The position numbers and the translations under genes are program-made. A stretch of 32,000 bases of DNA, taken from Crocosphaera chwakensis CCY0110 (lineage in GTDB: Bacteria > Cyanobacteriota > Cyanobacteriia > Cyanobacteriales > Microcystaceae). The notes under the pieces are model-generated. The model was not told the origin of the DNA. It did not search any database and saw nothing but the letters and a program-made list of their open reading frames with translations. Position 1 is the first letter of the stretch, and the number at the start of each line of letters is the position of its first letter. Below are positions 8,777 to 17,833 of the stretch, one piece after another. The stretch lies in contig NZ_AAXW01000021.1 of NCBI RefSeq assembly GCF_000169335.1, positions 35,175-67,174 on the forward strand, read 5' to 3'.

Positions 8777-9592
8777 TTAACCCTGCTGACACCATAAAGC
8801 CACTGCCAAAAACCCAAACAACTGAACCAAAACAATACTAGGACCACTCGGTAGATCGATCGCACCAGAAATAACCATTCCCATTACCCCACTAAACGCA
8901 CCCATACCAGCAGCAGTGGCTAAAAATGGTACAAACTGCTGACAAATTAATCTGGCAGTTGCAGCAGGAATAACTAAAAAACCATTAACCAATAAAATAC
9001 CAACGGCACGAATCGTTAGGGCGATCGTAATGGCTAAAAGCACGATAAAAAAATAACGATGGCTGCGAACGGGTACACCTTTTACTAAAGCTAAATCGCT
9101 ATTAAGGGTAAGTAATATTTGCTCTGGTAAACTAATAAGAATCCAGGCTATCGTTACAGCTAAAATTAATAATAATAAAATCAAATCGGTATTGCTAATA
9201 GCTAAAATATCCCCAAATAAAATCGATAATAAATTACCCCGATATCCCTTTAAATAACTAAAACCAATGGTGCCTAAAGCGATGGAACCTGATAAGGAAA
9301 TACACAATACTGTATCGCTACCGAGATCAGTTCTGTCAATCAAATAAATAACTCCTAAACCAAAAGCAACGGTAAAACCCATTAACGTCCAAGTGGCAGG
9401 AAGTTCTAATAACGCAGCTAAAACCACTCCCAACATTGCCGAATGTCCCACGGTATCGCCGAATAGAGAAAGACGACGCAGGATTAAAAAGCTACCCAAA
9501 ATTCCCCCTAAAATACCAAGCAGTACGCCACCCAGTATCGCCCGTTGCATAAAGGGTAGACTAAAAAGACTCAGGAAGTTTACTAGGTTCAT
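8777..9592 (-). CDS. znuB: Zinc ABC transporter permease (ABC-3 family)
   Basis: 271 aa and multi-pass hydrophobic, with a typical ZnuB/MntB-type N-terminus (...FMQRAILGGVLLGILGGILGSFLILRRLSLFGD..GHS). It lies in an operon with the ATPase and SBP genes. Confidence 0.85.
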   Translation of the reverse strand: MNLVNFLSLFSLPFMQRAILGGVLLGILGGILGSFLILRRLSLFGDTVGHSAMLGVVLAALLELPATWTLMGFTVAFGLGVIYLIDRTDLGSDTVLCISLSGSIALGTIGFSYLKGYRGNLLSILFGDILAISNTDLILLLLILAVTIAWILISLPEQILLTLNSDLALVKGVPVRSHRYFFIVLLAITIALTIRAVGILLVNGFLVIPAATARLICQQFVPFLATAAGMGAFSGVMGMVISGAIDLPSGPSIVLVQLFGFLAVALWCQQG

Positions 9593-10349
9593 GATGATGA
9601 CAAGTAGGACTAATTAAAGCACCGTATACGTGCAAGAGATTTTCGGGGGTGAGAGTGGTTTGAGGGGAACCTTGATAAAGTAAGCGACGGTTTAAACACA
9701 TTACCGAGTCACAATAGCGACTAACTAAATCTAAATCGTGGGAAACTTCCAAAATCGTCCAATTTTGTTCTTGTTTGAGATTATTGAGTAAAGCAGCAAA
9801 TTCCATCTCTCCCGTAGCATCTACCCCTGCTAACGCTTCATCGAGAATTAAAAGACGACGAGGAACCACTAAACAATAAGCTAATAAAACTCGCTTTAAT
9901 TCTCCTCCACTAAGAGTGCCGATTTTTTGATTTGCTTGTTTGGTTAGATGAACTTGTTCTAACGCTTGATGGATAATCTCTCGTTTTCGTTGGCGATCGC
10001 ACCACCAATGTTGGCTATTTAAGCCTAAACCCACTAACTCCGATACGATTAAGGGGAAAGTGCGTTCAAAGGGAAACTTTTGGGGAATATAGCCAATTTC
10101 CTGTTTTAATCGCTTTGAACGTTTACCATTCCCATCAAACAAGGTAATTTCCCCTGACTGCGCTTCAACTAAACCTAAAATAGATTTAATTAAGGTACTT
10201 TTCCCTGCACCATTTGGACCAATAATGGCTGTATGAGTCCCTGGCAATAATTCAAAAGAAACATTATCGACTGCTAGATATTCCCCACGCATTACCGATA
10301 AATCTTTCACTTTAATGATGGGTTGGGTAATAGATAGGTTTTGGTACAT
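9561..10349 (-). CDS. znuC: Zinc ABC transporter ATP-binding protein
   Basis: Walker A is GPNGAGKST, the signature is LSGGELKR and Walker B is LLILDEA. It overlaps znuB by 32 nt. Confidence 0.88.
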   Translation of the reverse strand: MYQNLSITQPIIKVKDLSVMRGEYLAVDNVSFELLPGTHTAIIGPNGAGKSTLIKSILGLVEAQSGEITLFDGNGKRSKRLKQEIGYIPQKFPFERTFPLIVSELVGLGLNSQHWWCDRQRKREIIHQALEQVHLTKQANQKIGTLSGGELKRVLLAYCLVVPRRLLILDEALAGVDATGEMEFAALLNNLKQEQNWTILEVSHDLDLVSRYCDSVMCLNRRLLYQGSPQTTLTPENLLHVYGALISPTCHHHEPSKLPESF

Positions 10350-10403
10350 TCAATTTACTAATTTGATTCAAAAGAGCCGCAAAACAAGAAAAGCTATCAC
10401 TTA

Positions 10404-11438
10404 TTAAGTATTTTGACAGGCTCTTGACAATGCCTCCAAATTACTCCGCATTACTTGAAAATAATATTGGGGATCGGTTTCCCCTGCCTCAAGAGGGTTA
10501 ATCGCTTCAAGAGATAGATTTAAGTCACTGGATATTTGCTCAATGCGCTTGTCTTCAATTCCTGGTTCAGTTAATAAAGCTTTAACAGAATGTTCCTCAG
10601 TTATTTGTTTTATTCGTTGGATATCTTGGGGAGTCATGCTCTCTTCAGGAATTTCTACTATTGCTTCTTGTTCGAGTCCGTAGCGTTGCGCTAGATAGGG
10701 AAAAGCATCGTGAAAAGTAATAAAGTTACAACCTTGAACGGGGGCTAATTTTTCTTTAAATTCATTATCTAGCTGTTGTAGTTGTTCAATATAAGCTTGA
10801 GCATTGCTACGATAGCTATCTGCATTACTGGGGTCAATTTCAATTAACCTATCTCTAATATTAGCGACCTGTTGTTGCGCTAAAACAGGATCTAACCAGA
10901 CGTGAGGATTTCCTTCTGGATGGTGATGTCCGTGTCCATGTTCATCATGTTTGTGTTCGTCATGTCCATGTTCATCATGTTTGTGTTCATCATGTCCATG
11001 TTCCCCTTCCATTGCTTCTATTCCTTCACTAGCATCAATTTGTTGAAGTTCAGAATTACCTGCATTGGCAACTAAATCTGATAGAAACGCTTCCATCCCC
11101 AAACCATTTTCTACTAAAACATCTGCTTGTGCTAACAGTTTTGCATCGTCTGGGGTAGCTTGATAGTCGTGAACTTCTGCACCAGGGGAAATCAAAATAT
11201 CGACTTGTCCGGTATCTCCAACTACAGCTTTAGTAAACAAATGAACCGGTAAGAAAGTAGTAACAATCTTGGGACCTGAACTTGTTTCGGGTGTGGAATC
11301 AGAACTGCTTGGAGGTGTGGGTTCTGTTCCACAAGCGAGCGCCATTAAACCAGTGACAGCAGTAATTACAAAGCGTTGTAAAGATGCCTTGGGACGAAGA
11401 CGATCGAGTACATAGAGAGATTCAGCAGTAAAACTCAT
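10404..11438 (-). CDS. znuA: Zinc-binding periplasmic lipoprotein (TroA/ZnuA family) with His-rich loop
   Basis: Lipobox LMALAC. The His/Asp/Glu-rich loop is EGEHGHDEHKHDEHGHDEHKHDEHGHGHHHPEGNPHVW, followed by a family-typical HDAFPY segment. Confidence 0.88.
   Translation of the reverse strand: MSFTAESLYVLDRLRPKASLQRFVITAVTGLMALACGTEPTPPSSSDSTPETSSGPKIVTTFLPVHLFTKAVVGDTGQVDILISPGAEVHDYQATPDDAKLLAQADVLVENGLGMEAFLSDLVANAGNSELQQIDASEGIEAMEGEHGHDEHKHDEHGHDEHKHDEHGHGHHHPEGNPHVWLDPVLAQQQVANIRDRLIEIDPSNADSYRSNAQAYIEQLQQLDNEFKEKLAPVQGCNFITFHDAFPYLAQRYGLEQEAIVEIPEESMTPQDIQRIKQITEEHSVKALLTEPGIEDKRIEQISSDLNLSLEAINPLEAGETDPQYYFQVMRSNLEALSRACQNT
10934..11004. repeat. 30-bp tandem repeat (about 2.3 units) encoding the ZnuA His-rich loop
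   Basis: GTCCATGTTCATCATGTTTGTGTTC(G/A)TCAT occurs at 10934-10963 and 10964-10993. A partial third unit starts at 10994. Confidence 0.85.
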
Positions 11439-11464
11439 GATGTTTAGTGGAGAACTGGTTCATT

Positions 11465-11508
11465 AAAATGATAACCATTATTATACAATGAGAATGATTA
11501 TCGTTAAT
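11465..11508. promoter_or_regulatory. Two Fur/Zur-box-like operators in the divergent znuA / flavoprotein intergenic region
   Basis: AAAATGATAACCATTATT (11465-11482) and GAGAATGATTATCGTTAAT (11490-11508). The segment is homologous to 3254-3295. Confidence 0.6.
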
Positions 11509-11523
11509 TTTAATTAATCCGCA

Positions 11524-12735
11524 GTGGCACTACCTAATTATATAGACCTAGCAATTGTTGGGGCAGGAGTTCAGGCTCTAACGTTAACCACCCATCTCTT
11601 ACAAAAACGTGCAAAGTATTATCATAAATTTTTAGCTTTTGATCCCAGTCAAACTTGGCTGAGTCAATGGCAGCAACAATTTGCAGCTCAACAAATTCCT
11701 TGTTTAAGATCCCCTGCGGTTCATCACCCAGATCCTAATCCCCATCAATTAAGAACCTTTGCTGAACATCGGCATCATGAACTGTTCCCTCCCTATGATA
11801 GACCAGGTACGAAGCTATTTCATGATTTTTGTGATGAAGTTATTCGTCGCTGGAAGTTAGAAGATAAAGTTTATCGGGGCAAAGTCGTAGACATTTTACC
11901 CATTAAACGTGCTTTGCATCCTCGGTTTCAATTGGTTTTAGATACGGAAGAAACCATTATGACTCGTAGAGTGGTATTGGCTACGGGAAGTGGGAAAATG
12001 CAGTTTCCTGACTGGGTAGAGAAGATTCCGCTCAATTATCCTTCAGAGACATTGTGTCATTCTCAACAGGTAAATCTCAACCAACTTAAGTTAACAGGAG
12101 AAAGGATATTAATTGTTGGTGGTGGTTTAAGTAGCGGACATTTAGCTAAAGGTGCAATAAATTTAGGTGCAACTGTTACTTTGATGACGAGAAAGCAGTT
12201 ACAAGAAAAAATTTTTGATGCTGATCCTGGTTGGTTAGGGCCAAAATATCTTAAAGACTTTCACGCTGAAACTGATTGGTATGTTCGTTATCAGCAAATA
12301 CAGCAAGCACGTAATGGTGGTTCAATGACTCCTGAAATGATGCTGCAATTAAGAAAGGCATCTCATGAAGGTAAAATACAAATTGAAGAATGCTGTCAAG
12401 TTAGAGAGGCACATTGGCAAAATAATCTTTGGCAGGTTGGTTGTCACGATGGAAACAAGCATCAGTTTGATCGTATTTGGTTAGCTACTGGTACAACATT
12501 CAACACAAAAGAGCATCCCCTATTGCAAAACGTACTGGAGACTTATCCGACAGAAATCGTTAACGGTTTGCCGGTACTAGATGAACATTTACGTCTGCCT
12601 AAGTCCAACTTTTTTATTATGGGTGGTTTAACTGCTTTACAAATTGGCCCTGTTGCTAGAAATATTCATGGTGGGAAAATGGCTTGTCGACGTATTGTAC
12701 CAGCCATTATTAAACCTAGTTTGGCCATTGGATGA
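11524..12735 (+). CDS. FAD/NAD(P)-binding oxidoreductase with two Rossmann motifs
   Basis: GTG start. The N-terminal motif is DLAIVGAGVQALT (GxGxxA) and the second dinucleotide motif is ILIVGGGLSSGHLA. It is divergent from znuA and shares the operator region. Confidence 0.75.
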   Translation: MALPNYIDLAIVGAGVQALTLTTHLLQKRAKYYHKFLAFDPSQTWLSQWQQQFAAQQIPCLRSPAVHHPDPNPHQLRTFAEHRHHELFPPYDRPGTKLFHDFCDEVIRRWKLEDKVYRGKVVDILPIKRALHPRFQLVLDTEETIMTRRVVLATGSGKMQFPDWVEKIPLNYPSETLCHSQQVNLNQLKLTGERILIVGGGLSSGHLAKGAINLGATVTLMTRKQLQEKIFDADPGWLGPKYLKDFHAETDWYVRYQQIQQARNGGSMTPEMMLQLRKASHEGKIQIEECCQVREAHWQNNLWQVGCHDGNKHQFDRIWLATGTTFNTKEHPLLQNVLETYPTEIVNGLPVLDEHLRLPKSNFFIMGGLTALQIGPVARNIHGGKMACRRIVPAIIKPSLAIG

Positions 12736-12860
12736 TTTTTTCCTTGAAGATGCGATTCTGAGTCTAGTCCACTCCACTCTTCAATATAGACTCCCCCATA
12801 GAGTTATTCGATTTGATCTATAAATAACAGATTCTGAGAAGCTGAAACTTCTCTCATTTT

Positions 12861-13094
12861 CTATTGATATTCTAACCCATCGTCTTTTGTCCAAATTCCT
12901 TGAGTTTTTTCTAACAAAGCCTCAAAATCTTCTGATGTAGCTTCATTTTCTTCTTTAGTAACTTCAATATTAATTGTCAATTTAGTTCCTTTCTTAAAAG
13001 GTAAATTCTCAAGAACAATTTGCTGAGATTCATCTAAAGTTAGTTGAGTTTGATAAGAAGTCATTTTTTCTAATTTATAAGGATATTTAAACAA
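12861..13094 (-). CDS. Small hypothetical protein (possibly an orphan antitoxin-like protein)
   Basis: 77-aa ORF; the internal ATG at 13064 (MTSYQTQLTLDESQQIVLENLPFKKG...) is an alternative start. It has an acidic C-terminal half. I recognise no motif with certainty. Confidence 0.35.
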   Translation of the reverse strand: MFKYPYKLEKMTSYQTQLTLDESQQIVLENLPFKKGTKLTINIEVTKEENEATSEDFEALLEKTQGIWTKDDGLEYQ

Positions 13095-13257
13095 TATTTG
13101 AGAATCAGTCCAGTTAAACTTCCAATCCTAATTTGTTTTGCTTAATTTGTTCCTCCTTCTTATTATAGCCCATCATTAGGTTTTGATTCTGTTCCAACAA
13201 ACCTACCAATTTTCTTTTCAACAAATAGCTTAACAAAGCAATAATCGGTTACTCATG

Positions 13258-13265
13258 GCTAGCGC
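13258..13265 (+). promoter_or_regulatory. Island motif GCTAGCGC, copy 1
   Basis: Exact 8-mer, intergenic, 32 nt before ATG 13298. Confidence 0.6.
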
Positions 13266-13297
13266 CGATAAGGTGAAAGCTATAGAGGTAACATTAT

Positions 13298-16200
13298 ATG
13301 AACACCGAACAGATGTCTTTATTCGGGTTGGTAGAATCCACTGCACCGACCCAGAAACCAAAGAAAGCCTCTCATAAAAGACGAAAACCTACGAAGCCTT
13401 CCTCTCATAAAAGTTCTTCACTCACCCAAGGTTCATTATTCAGTGGTCTATCTTTGGGTAGTCCAGTGATTGGGACAGGAACCTTACTAACTGTAGCCGA
13501 GAAGCTGCTTTCTTACCTGTCGATTAATCAGAAAATAACCTCAAGTCTCCTCAAACAAACCATGAACGAAGCTTTTGGCGGTACAGATAGCCAAGGGCGT
13601 TGGAACTGGAAACAAGCCTATAATGCTGTGGAATTATCCTTAGTCTTGTGGGTGAGAAAATACCACGGAACGCTCGCTGAACACCCAATGGTAGCCGTCA
13701 AAGAACTTATTGAGTTACAAACCCTATTACCGACTCATACTCTACGCTCTGAAGAATCGGTAAAACTTCAACAGTTCAGTACCCCTTTACCTTTAGCGTA
13801 TTTAGTGGGTGAAGCTGCTCAAATCACCTCTAAAGATGTAGTGTTAGAGCCAAGTGCAGGAACCGGCCTACTCGCTATTTGGCCTGAGATTAAAGGGGCA
13901 TCGCTGATTCTCAATGAAATTAGCGAAGATCGAATCGAATGCCTAAAGCAAGGCTTTTCACACAAAGTCTATAACTACAATGCAGAGCAAATCGACAATC
14001 TGCTCCCAACTCAGCATAAACCGACTGTCGTAGTTATGAACCCACCGTTTACCACCCATCTCCATAGCAAGAAGAAGGGGTGTAGTGCAGCTTTAGCTCA
14101 CATTCGTTCAGCATTGCACAGATTAAGTGCAGGAGGACGATTAGTTACACTAAGTTCTGATTCGTTCTCACCCAATAGCACAACATGGGGCGACGCGATC
14201 GCAGCGTTACCCGGTAAAGTCGTTTTCAGTGTTGGTATCGAAGGTAAGACCTACTACAAACATGGCACAACTATTGATACCAGACTTACGGTAATTGATA
14301 AAGTTGACGAGGCAGACTCTTACATTGTCGACAAATGCTTAAATCTCGATGAAATCGCTGACTTGATTGACACTAAAATCCCACCTCGACAAAAGGTTAA
14401 GAAGCATCAGTCATCAGTCGTAGTTCCTATCACAAAACCTAGCAAAAAGACTAAGAAAGTCAAAGAAGATACAAGGCCACAAGCAAAAGTATCTTTCGAT
14501 GATGTCATTACCGTTGATTACAACGTTATTGATTGGCGAGATGAGGGTGAGTACCTCAACGATGATGGGATCTATGAGCGTTATATGCCTCAAACCATCA
14601 ATATCAAAGCAGCTAAAGTTCATCCAACTAAACTCGTTGAATCAGCCGCAATGGCAGCGATCGCACCACCCACACCAACCTACAAACCTAAGCTACCAAA
14701 GGCGGTGATTGAGCAAGGCTTACTCTCTGATGCTCAATTAGAAAGTGTCATTTATGCAGGGAATAGCCATGAGCAATTCTTACCTGATTGGTTTATGTAT
14801 GATGCTGACCACGACACTTTAGAACGAGTCCCTGAAGGAACCAAAGAAGCTAAGCATTACCGCAAAGCATGGTTTAACGGAGACGGTACAGGGGTAGGAA
14901 AAGGACGCCAGTGTGCCGGGATTATCCTCGATAATTGGCTAAAAGGTCGCAGGAAAGCGGTGTGGATTTCCAAGAGTAACGCTTTACTTGAAGATGCTCG
15001 GAGAGACTGGAAAGCCCTTGGTGGTGATCCTGCTCAGGTAGTACCTCTATCCAAGTTCAAGCAAGGAGATCCCGTTGTTCTCAACGAAGGAATCCTCTTC
15101 TTGACCTATGCCACATTGAGAAGTCCCGCAAAAGCAAACAAATGTTCTCGTGTTGAGCAAATTATAGAGTGGCTTGGCGAAGACAGTGATAACGTTATTG
15201 TCTTTGATGAGTCTCATGCTATGGCCAATGCGGTAGCAGAATACGGCGAACGAGGTCTCAAAGCAGCCTCTCAACAGGGATTGGCAGGGTTACGTCTTCA
15301 ACGAGTCTTAGCCAATGCGAGGTTTGTCTTTGTATCAGCTACAGGCGCCAGTAAGTTAGAGAATCTTAGTTACTTAGAACGGTTAGGGCTCTGGAACTCA
15401 GAGATTTTGCCCTTTATCAACCGAGAAGATTTCTTATCCCAAGTAGCCGAGGGTGGGATTGCTGCTTTAGAAGTAGTAGCCCGCGACCTTAAGGCTATGG
15501 GTCTCTACTTAGCTCGTAGTGTGAGTTTTGATGGTGTTGAGTACGAAATCATTGAACACGAACTCAACGAGGCTCAAGTGGCGATGTACAACCGGTATGC
15601 CGACGCTTACCAGATTATCTATCAGAACATTGAGAAAGCCCTTGAGCTTACGGGAATCAGCAGCAAGTTCGGTAGTACAAATGGCAGGGCAAAATCCTCC
15701 GTCTATTCTCGGTTTGAAAGCACTAAACAACGATTCTTCGGTCATCTGATTACCTCGATTAAATGTCCGACTCTACTCAAACAGATAGAAGCGGATATGA
15801 AAGAGGGGAAAGCAGCCGTGATTCAACTGATTTCAACCGATGAAGCCCTTTTGAACAGACGACTAGACGAAATTCCAGTCAGTCAATGGAATGATATCAA
15901 CGTTGATATTACTCCACGAGAATACCTCTTTGATTATCTGATCAACGGATTCCCAATACATCAATATGAGAGCTTCACAGATGATAACGGCAATGAGCGT
16001 AGTCAACTTATGACCGATTCACTGGATAATCCTATACCCTGTCAAGAAGCATTACGTCAAAGGGATGCTCTCATCGAAGAACTCTCCTTGTTACCACCTT
16101 TGCCATCAGCATTAGACCAAATCATTAACCATTTTGGGTATGAAGCGGTGGCTGAAGTGACAGGACGCTCAAAGCGAATCATCCGAGTCACGAAAGAGGG

Positions 16201-17743
16201 TAGCGATCGCATGATGGTCGATAAACGGTCGAGCTCTGCAAACTTAGCAGAATCCCAGTTGTTCATGGATGACGAGAAGCAGATTCTTGTCTTCTCCCAG
16301 GCAGGAGGAACAGGTAGGTCGTACCACGCCAATAGAAGTTGCCAGAATCAACGCCCACGGGTGCATTATCTCTTAGAAGGCGGCTGGCAAGCTGATGTCG
16401 CTATACAGGGACTTGGGAGAACCAACCGCAGTAACCAAGCTCAACCTCCCTTATATCGTGTGATTTGCACCGACATCAAAGGGGAGAAACGCTTCACCAG
16501 CACTATCGCCAGACGGTTAGCTAGTTTAGGAGCGTTGACCAAAGGTGAACGCAAAACAGGCAATCAGGGACTCTTCCGAGAAGAGGATAACCTAGAGTCT
16601 GTTTATGCTAAACAGGCGTTACGGACATTGTACTTCAGCCTCTATAAAGGACTAGTTGAAGGTATGACTTTAGCGGAATTCGAGAGAATTTCAGGGTTAA
16701 ATCTCCTAACCAAAGAAGGAGATTTCAAAGCTGAACTTCCTCCCATGAAAACCTTCCTCAATCGAGTCTTAGCGATGCGGTTAGAGGATCAAGAAATCCT
16801 GTTTACCACGTTGGAGATGTGCATTAGTTCTGCCATTGAGAAAGCTAAGGAAGCAGGGATCTATGAAATGGGTGTCGAGACTATCAAAGCTGAAAAGCTA
16901 GAAGTGGTAAACCGACAACAACTCTATCAAGACCCTGTGACTGGAGGAACCAGTTACGCGGTTGAAATCCAGAAAACTGAACTGAATCGGATACTCAGCT
17001 TAGACGAGGCCATTAGATTAGGCAGTTATAGTGACACCTTCTTCGCTAAGAACCAAATGTCAAATCAAGTAGCAGTTGTCACTTCAACCACCAGCGTAGT
17101 TAACAAAGATGGTATTAGCGAACCGAGATTCAGCTTAACTCGTCCTTGTAACACTACCAAAATGAGACGTTGGGAATTCGACAACTCCTTATGGACTAAG
17201 GTTGATGCTGAAACATTCAAACAAGGGTGGGAACAACAGATTGCCCAAGAACCTGAATTCATCGAATCCACTTTCTACCTGATTACGGGTGTCCTCTTAC
17301 CGATTTGGAAAAGGCTTGACAATAACCAGATGCGAATATACCGCATTCACACCGAAGATGGTGAGCGGTTACTAGGTCGTGCTGTCAGCGAAAGCGCCAT
17401 GACTTACATTGCCAGAAGCTTTGAATTGAGCCATGAACGGACAATCGAGGATATCTACGAATCGGTGATGAACCAGGGAACAAAAGAATCCCTAACTGAG
17501 AAACTAGAGCTAAGAAAAGTGTTAGTCCGAGGGGATTACCGGCTAGAAATTGTAGGACATAACTCGACCATTGAATTGCAATGGCTCAAACAATTGGGAG
17601 TTCAAAGCGAATACGTTAGCCATAAACTCCGTGCCTTTGTACCTCTAGAAAACGCTATTGCCGTTCTCAAAACTATTCAAGAATCCTATCAAAGAAGCGA
17701 TCCGCAAAGCGGATCTCGCCAAAGGCGAGCGCGCTTTTCTTGA
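13298..17743 (+). CDS. Fusion protein: N6-adenine-type DNA methyltransferase domain plus strawberry-notch (Sno)-like DExH helicase
   Basis: 1481 aa with a basic, Ser-rich N-terminus. MTase motif I is VLEPSAGTG (aa ~182) and motif IV is NPPF (aa 248, nt 14039-14050). Helicase motif I is GDGTGVGKGRQ (aa ~528), motif II is FDESH (nt 15206-15217) and the motif VI-like segment is QAGGTGRSYHA / QGLGRTNRSNQ. Confidence 0.85.
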   Translation: MNTEQMSLFGLVESTAPTQKPKKASHKRRKPTKPSSHKSSSLTQGSLFSGLSLGSPVIGTGTLLTVAEKLLSYLSINQKITSSLLKQTMNEAFGGTDSQGRWNWKQAYNAVELSLVLWVRKYHGTLAEHPMVAVKELIELQTLLPTHTLRSEESVKLQQFSTPLPLAYLVGEAAQITSKDVVLEPSAGTGLLAIWPEIKGASLILNEISEDRIECLKQGFSHKVYNYNAEQIDNLLPTQHKPTVVVMNPPFTTHLHSKKKGCSAALAHIRSALHRLSAGGRLVTLSSDSFSPNSTTWGDAIAALPGKVVFSVGIEGKTYYKHGTTIDTRLTVIDKVDEADSYIVDKCLNLDEIADLIDTKIPPRQKVKKHQSSVVVPITKPSKKTKKVKEDTRPQAKVSFDDVITVDYNVIDWRDEGEYLNDDGIYERYMPQTINIKAAKVHPTKLVESAAMAAIAPPTPTYKPKLPKAVIEQGLLSDAQLESVIYAGNSHEQFLPDWFMYDADHDTLERVPEGTKEAKHYRKAWFNGDGTGVGKGRQCAGIILDNWLKGRRKAVWISKSNALLEDARRDWKALGGDPAQVVPLSKFKQGDPVVLNEGILFLTYATLRSPAKANKCSRVEQIIEWLGEDSDNVIVFDESHAMANAVAEYGERGLKAASQQGLAGLRLQRVLANARFVFVSATGASKLENLSYLERLGLWNSEILPFINREDFLSQVAEGGIAALEVVARDLKAMGLYLARSVSFDGVEYEIIEHELNEAQVAMYNRYADAYQIIYQNIEKALELTGISSKFGSTNGRAKSSVYSRFESTKQRFFGHLITSIKCPTLLKQIEADMKEGKAAVIQLISTDEALLNRRLDEIPVSQWNDINVDITPREYLFDYLINGFPIHQYESFTDDNGNERSQLMTDSLDNPIPCQEALRQRDALIEELSLLPPLPSALDQIINHFGYEAVAEVTGRSKRIIRVTKEGSDRMMVDKRSSSANLAESQLFMDDEKQILVFSQAGGTGRSYHANRSCQNQRPRVHYLLEGGWQADVAIQGLGRTNRSNQAQPPLYRVICTDIKGEKRFTSTIARRLASLGALTKGERKTGNQGLFREEDNLESVYAKQALRTLYFSLYKGLVEGMTLAEFERISGLNLLTKEGDFKAELPPMKTFLNRVLAMRLEDQEILFTTLEMCISSAIEKAKEAGIYEMGVETIKAEKLEVVNRQQLYQDPVTGGTSYAVEIQKTELNRILSLDEAIRLGSYSDTFFAKNQMSNQVAVVTSTTSVVNKDGISEPRFSLTRPCNTTKMRRWEFDNSLWTKVDAETFKQGWEQQIAQEPEFIESTFYLITGVLLPIWKRLDNNQMRIYRIHTEDGERLLGRAVSESAMTYIARSFELSHERTIEDIYESVMNQGTKESLTEKLELRKVLVRGDYRLEIVGHNSTIELQWLKQLGVQSEYVSHKLRAFVPLENAIAVLKTIQESYQRSDPQSGSRQRRARFS

Positions 17744-17749
17744 TAGCTA

Positions 17750-17789
17750 AGAACAGGCTACTTCGGTAGTCCCTGTTCTCTTTCTTTTT
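17750..17789 (+). terminator. Intrinsic terminator after the MTase-helicase gene
   Basis: The stem is GAACAGGCTAC-TTCG-GTAGTCCCTGTTC, followed by TCTTTCTTTTT. GCTAGCGC follows immediately. Confidence 0.7.
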
Positions 17790-17797
17790 GCTAGCGC
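17790..17797 (+). promoter_or_regulatory. Island motif GCTAGCGC, copy 2
   Basis: Exact 8-mer. It abuts the terminator T-tract and lies 36 nt before ATG 17834. Confidence 0.6.
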
Positions 17798-17833
17798 AAA
17801 GCTGTTTCAGAAAATCTAGTTTACCCAAAAATC

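Noticed and set aside
3866-9617. Overlapping small ORFs 3866-4093, 5011-5226, 5809-6030, 7348-7686 and 9393-9617
   Set aside because: Each is antisense to, or out of frame within, a well-supported gene (PEP-CTERM, porin, tnpB, znuB/znuC).
12736-13257. Island left border: search for att-type direct repeats, a tRNA or an integrase
   Set aside because: Only a trivial repeated GATTCTGAG (about 12764 and 12829) was seen. No tRNA-like sequence or recombinase gene is present, so the border cannot be defined from this window.
14414-17271. Several 68-91 aa ORFs on both strands inside the 1481-aa gene (14414-14623, 14499-14708, 15047-15274, 15509-15745, 15528-15749, 16057-16332, 17065-17271)
   Set aside because: All are nested within a long ORF with clear domain motifs. 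They have low-complexity or odd composition, so they are treated as frame-shadow ORFs.
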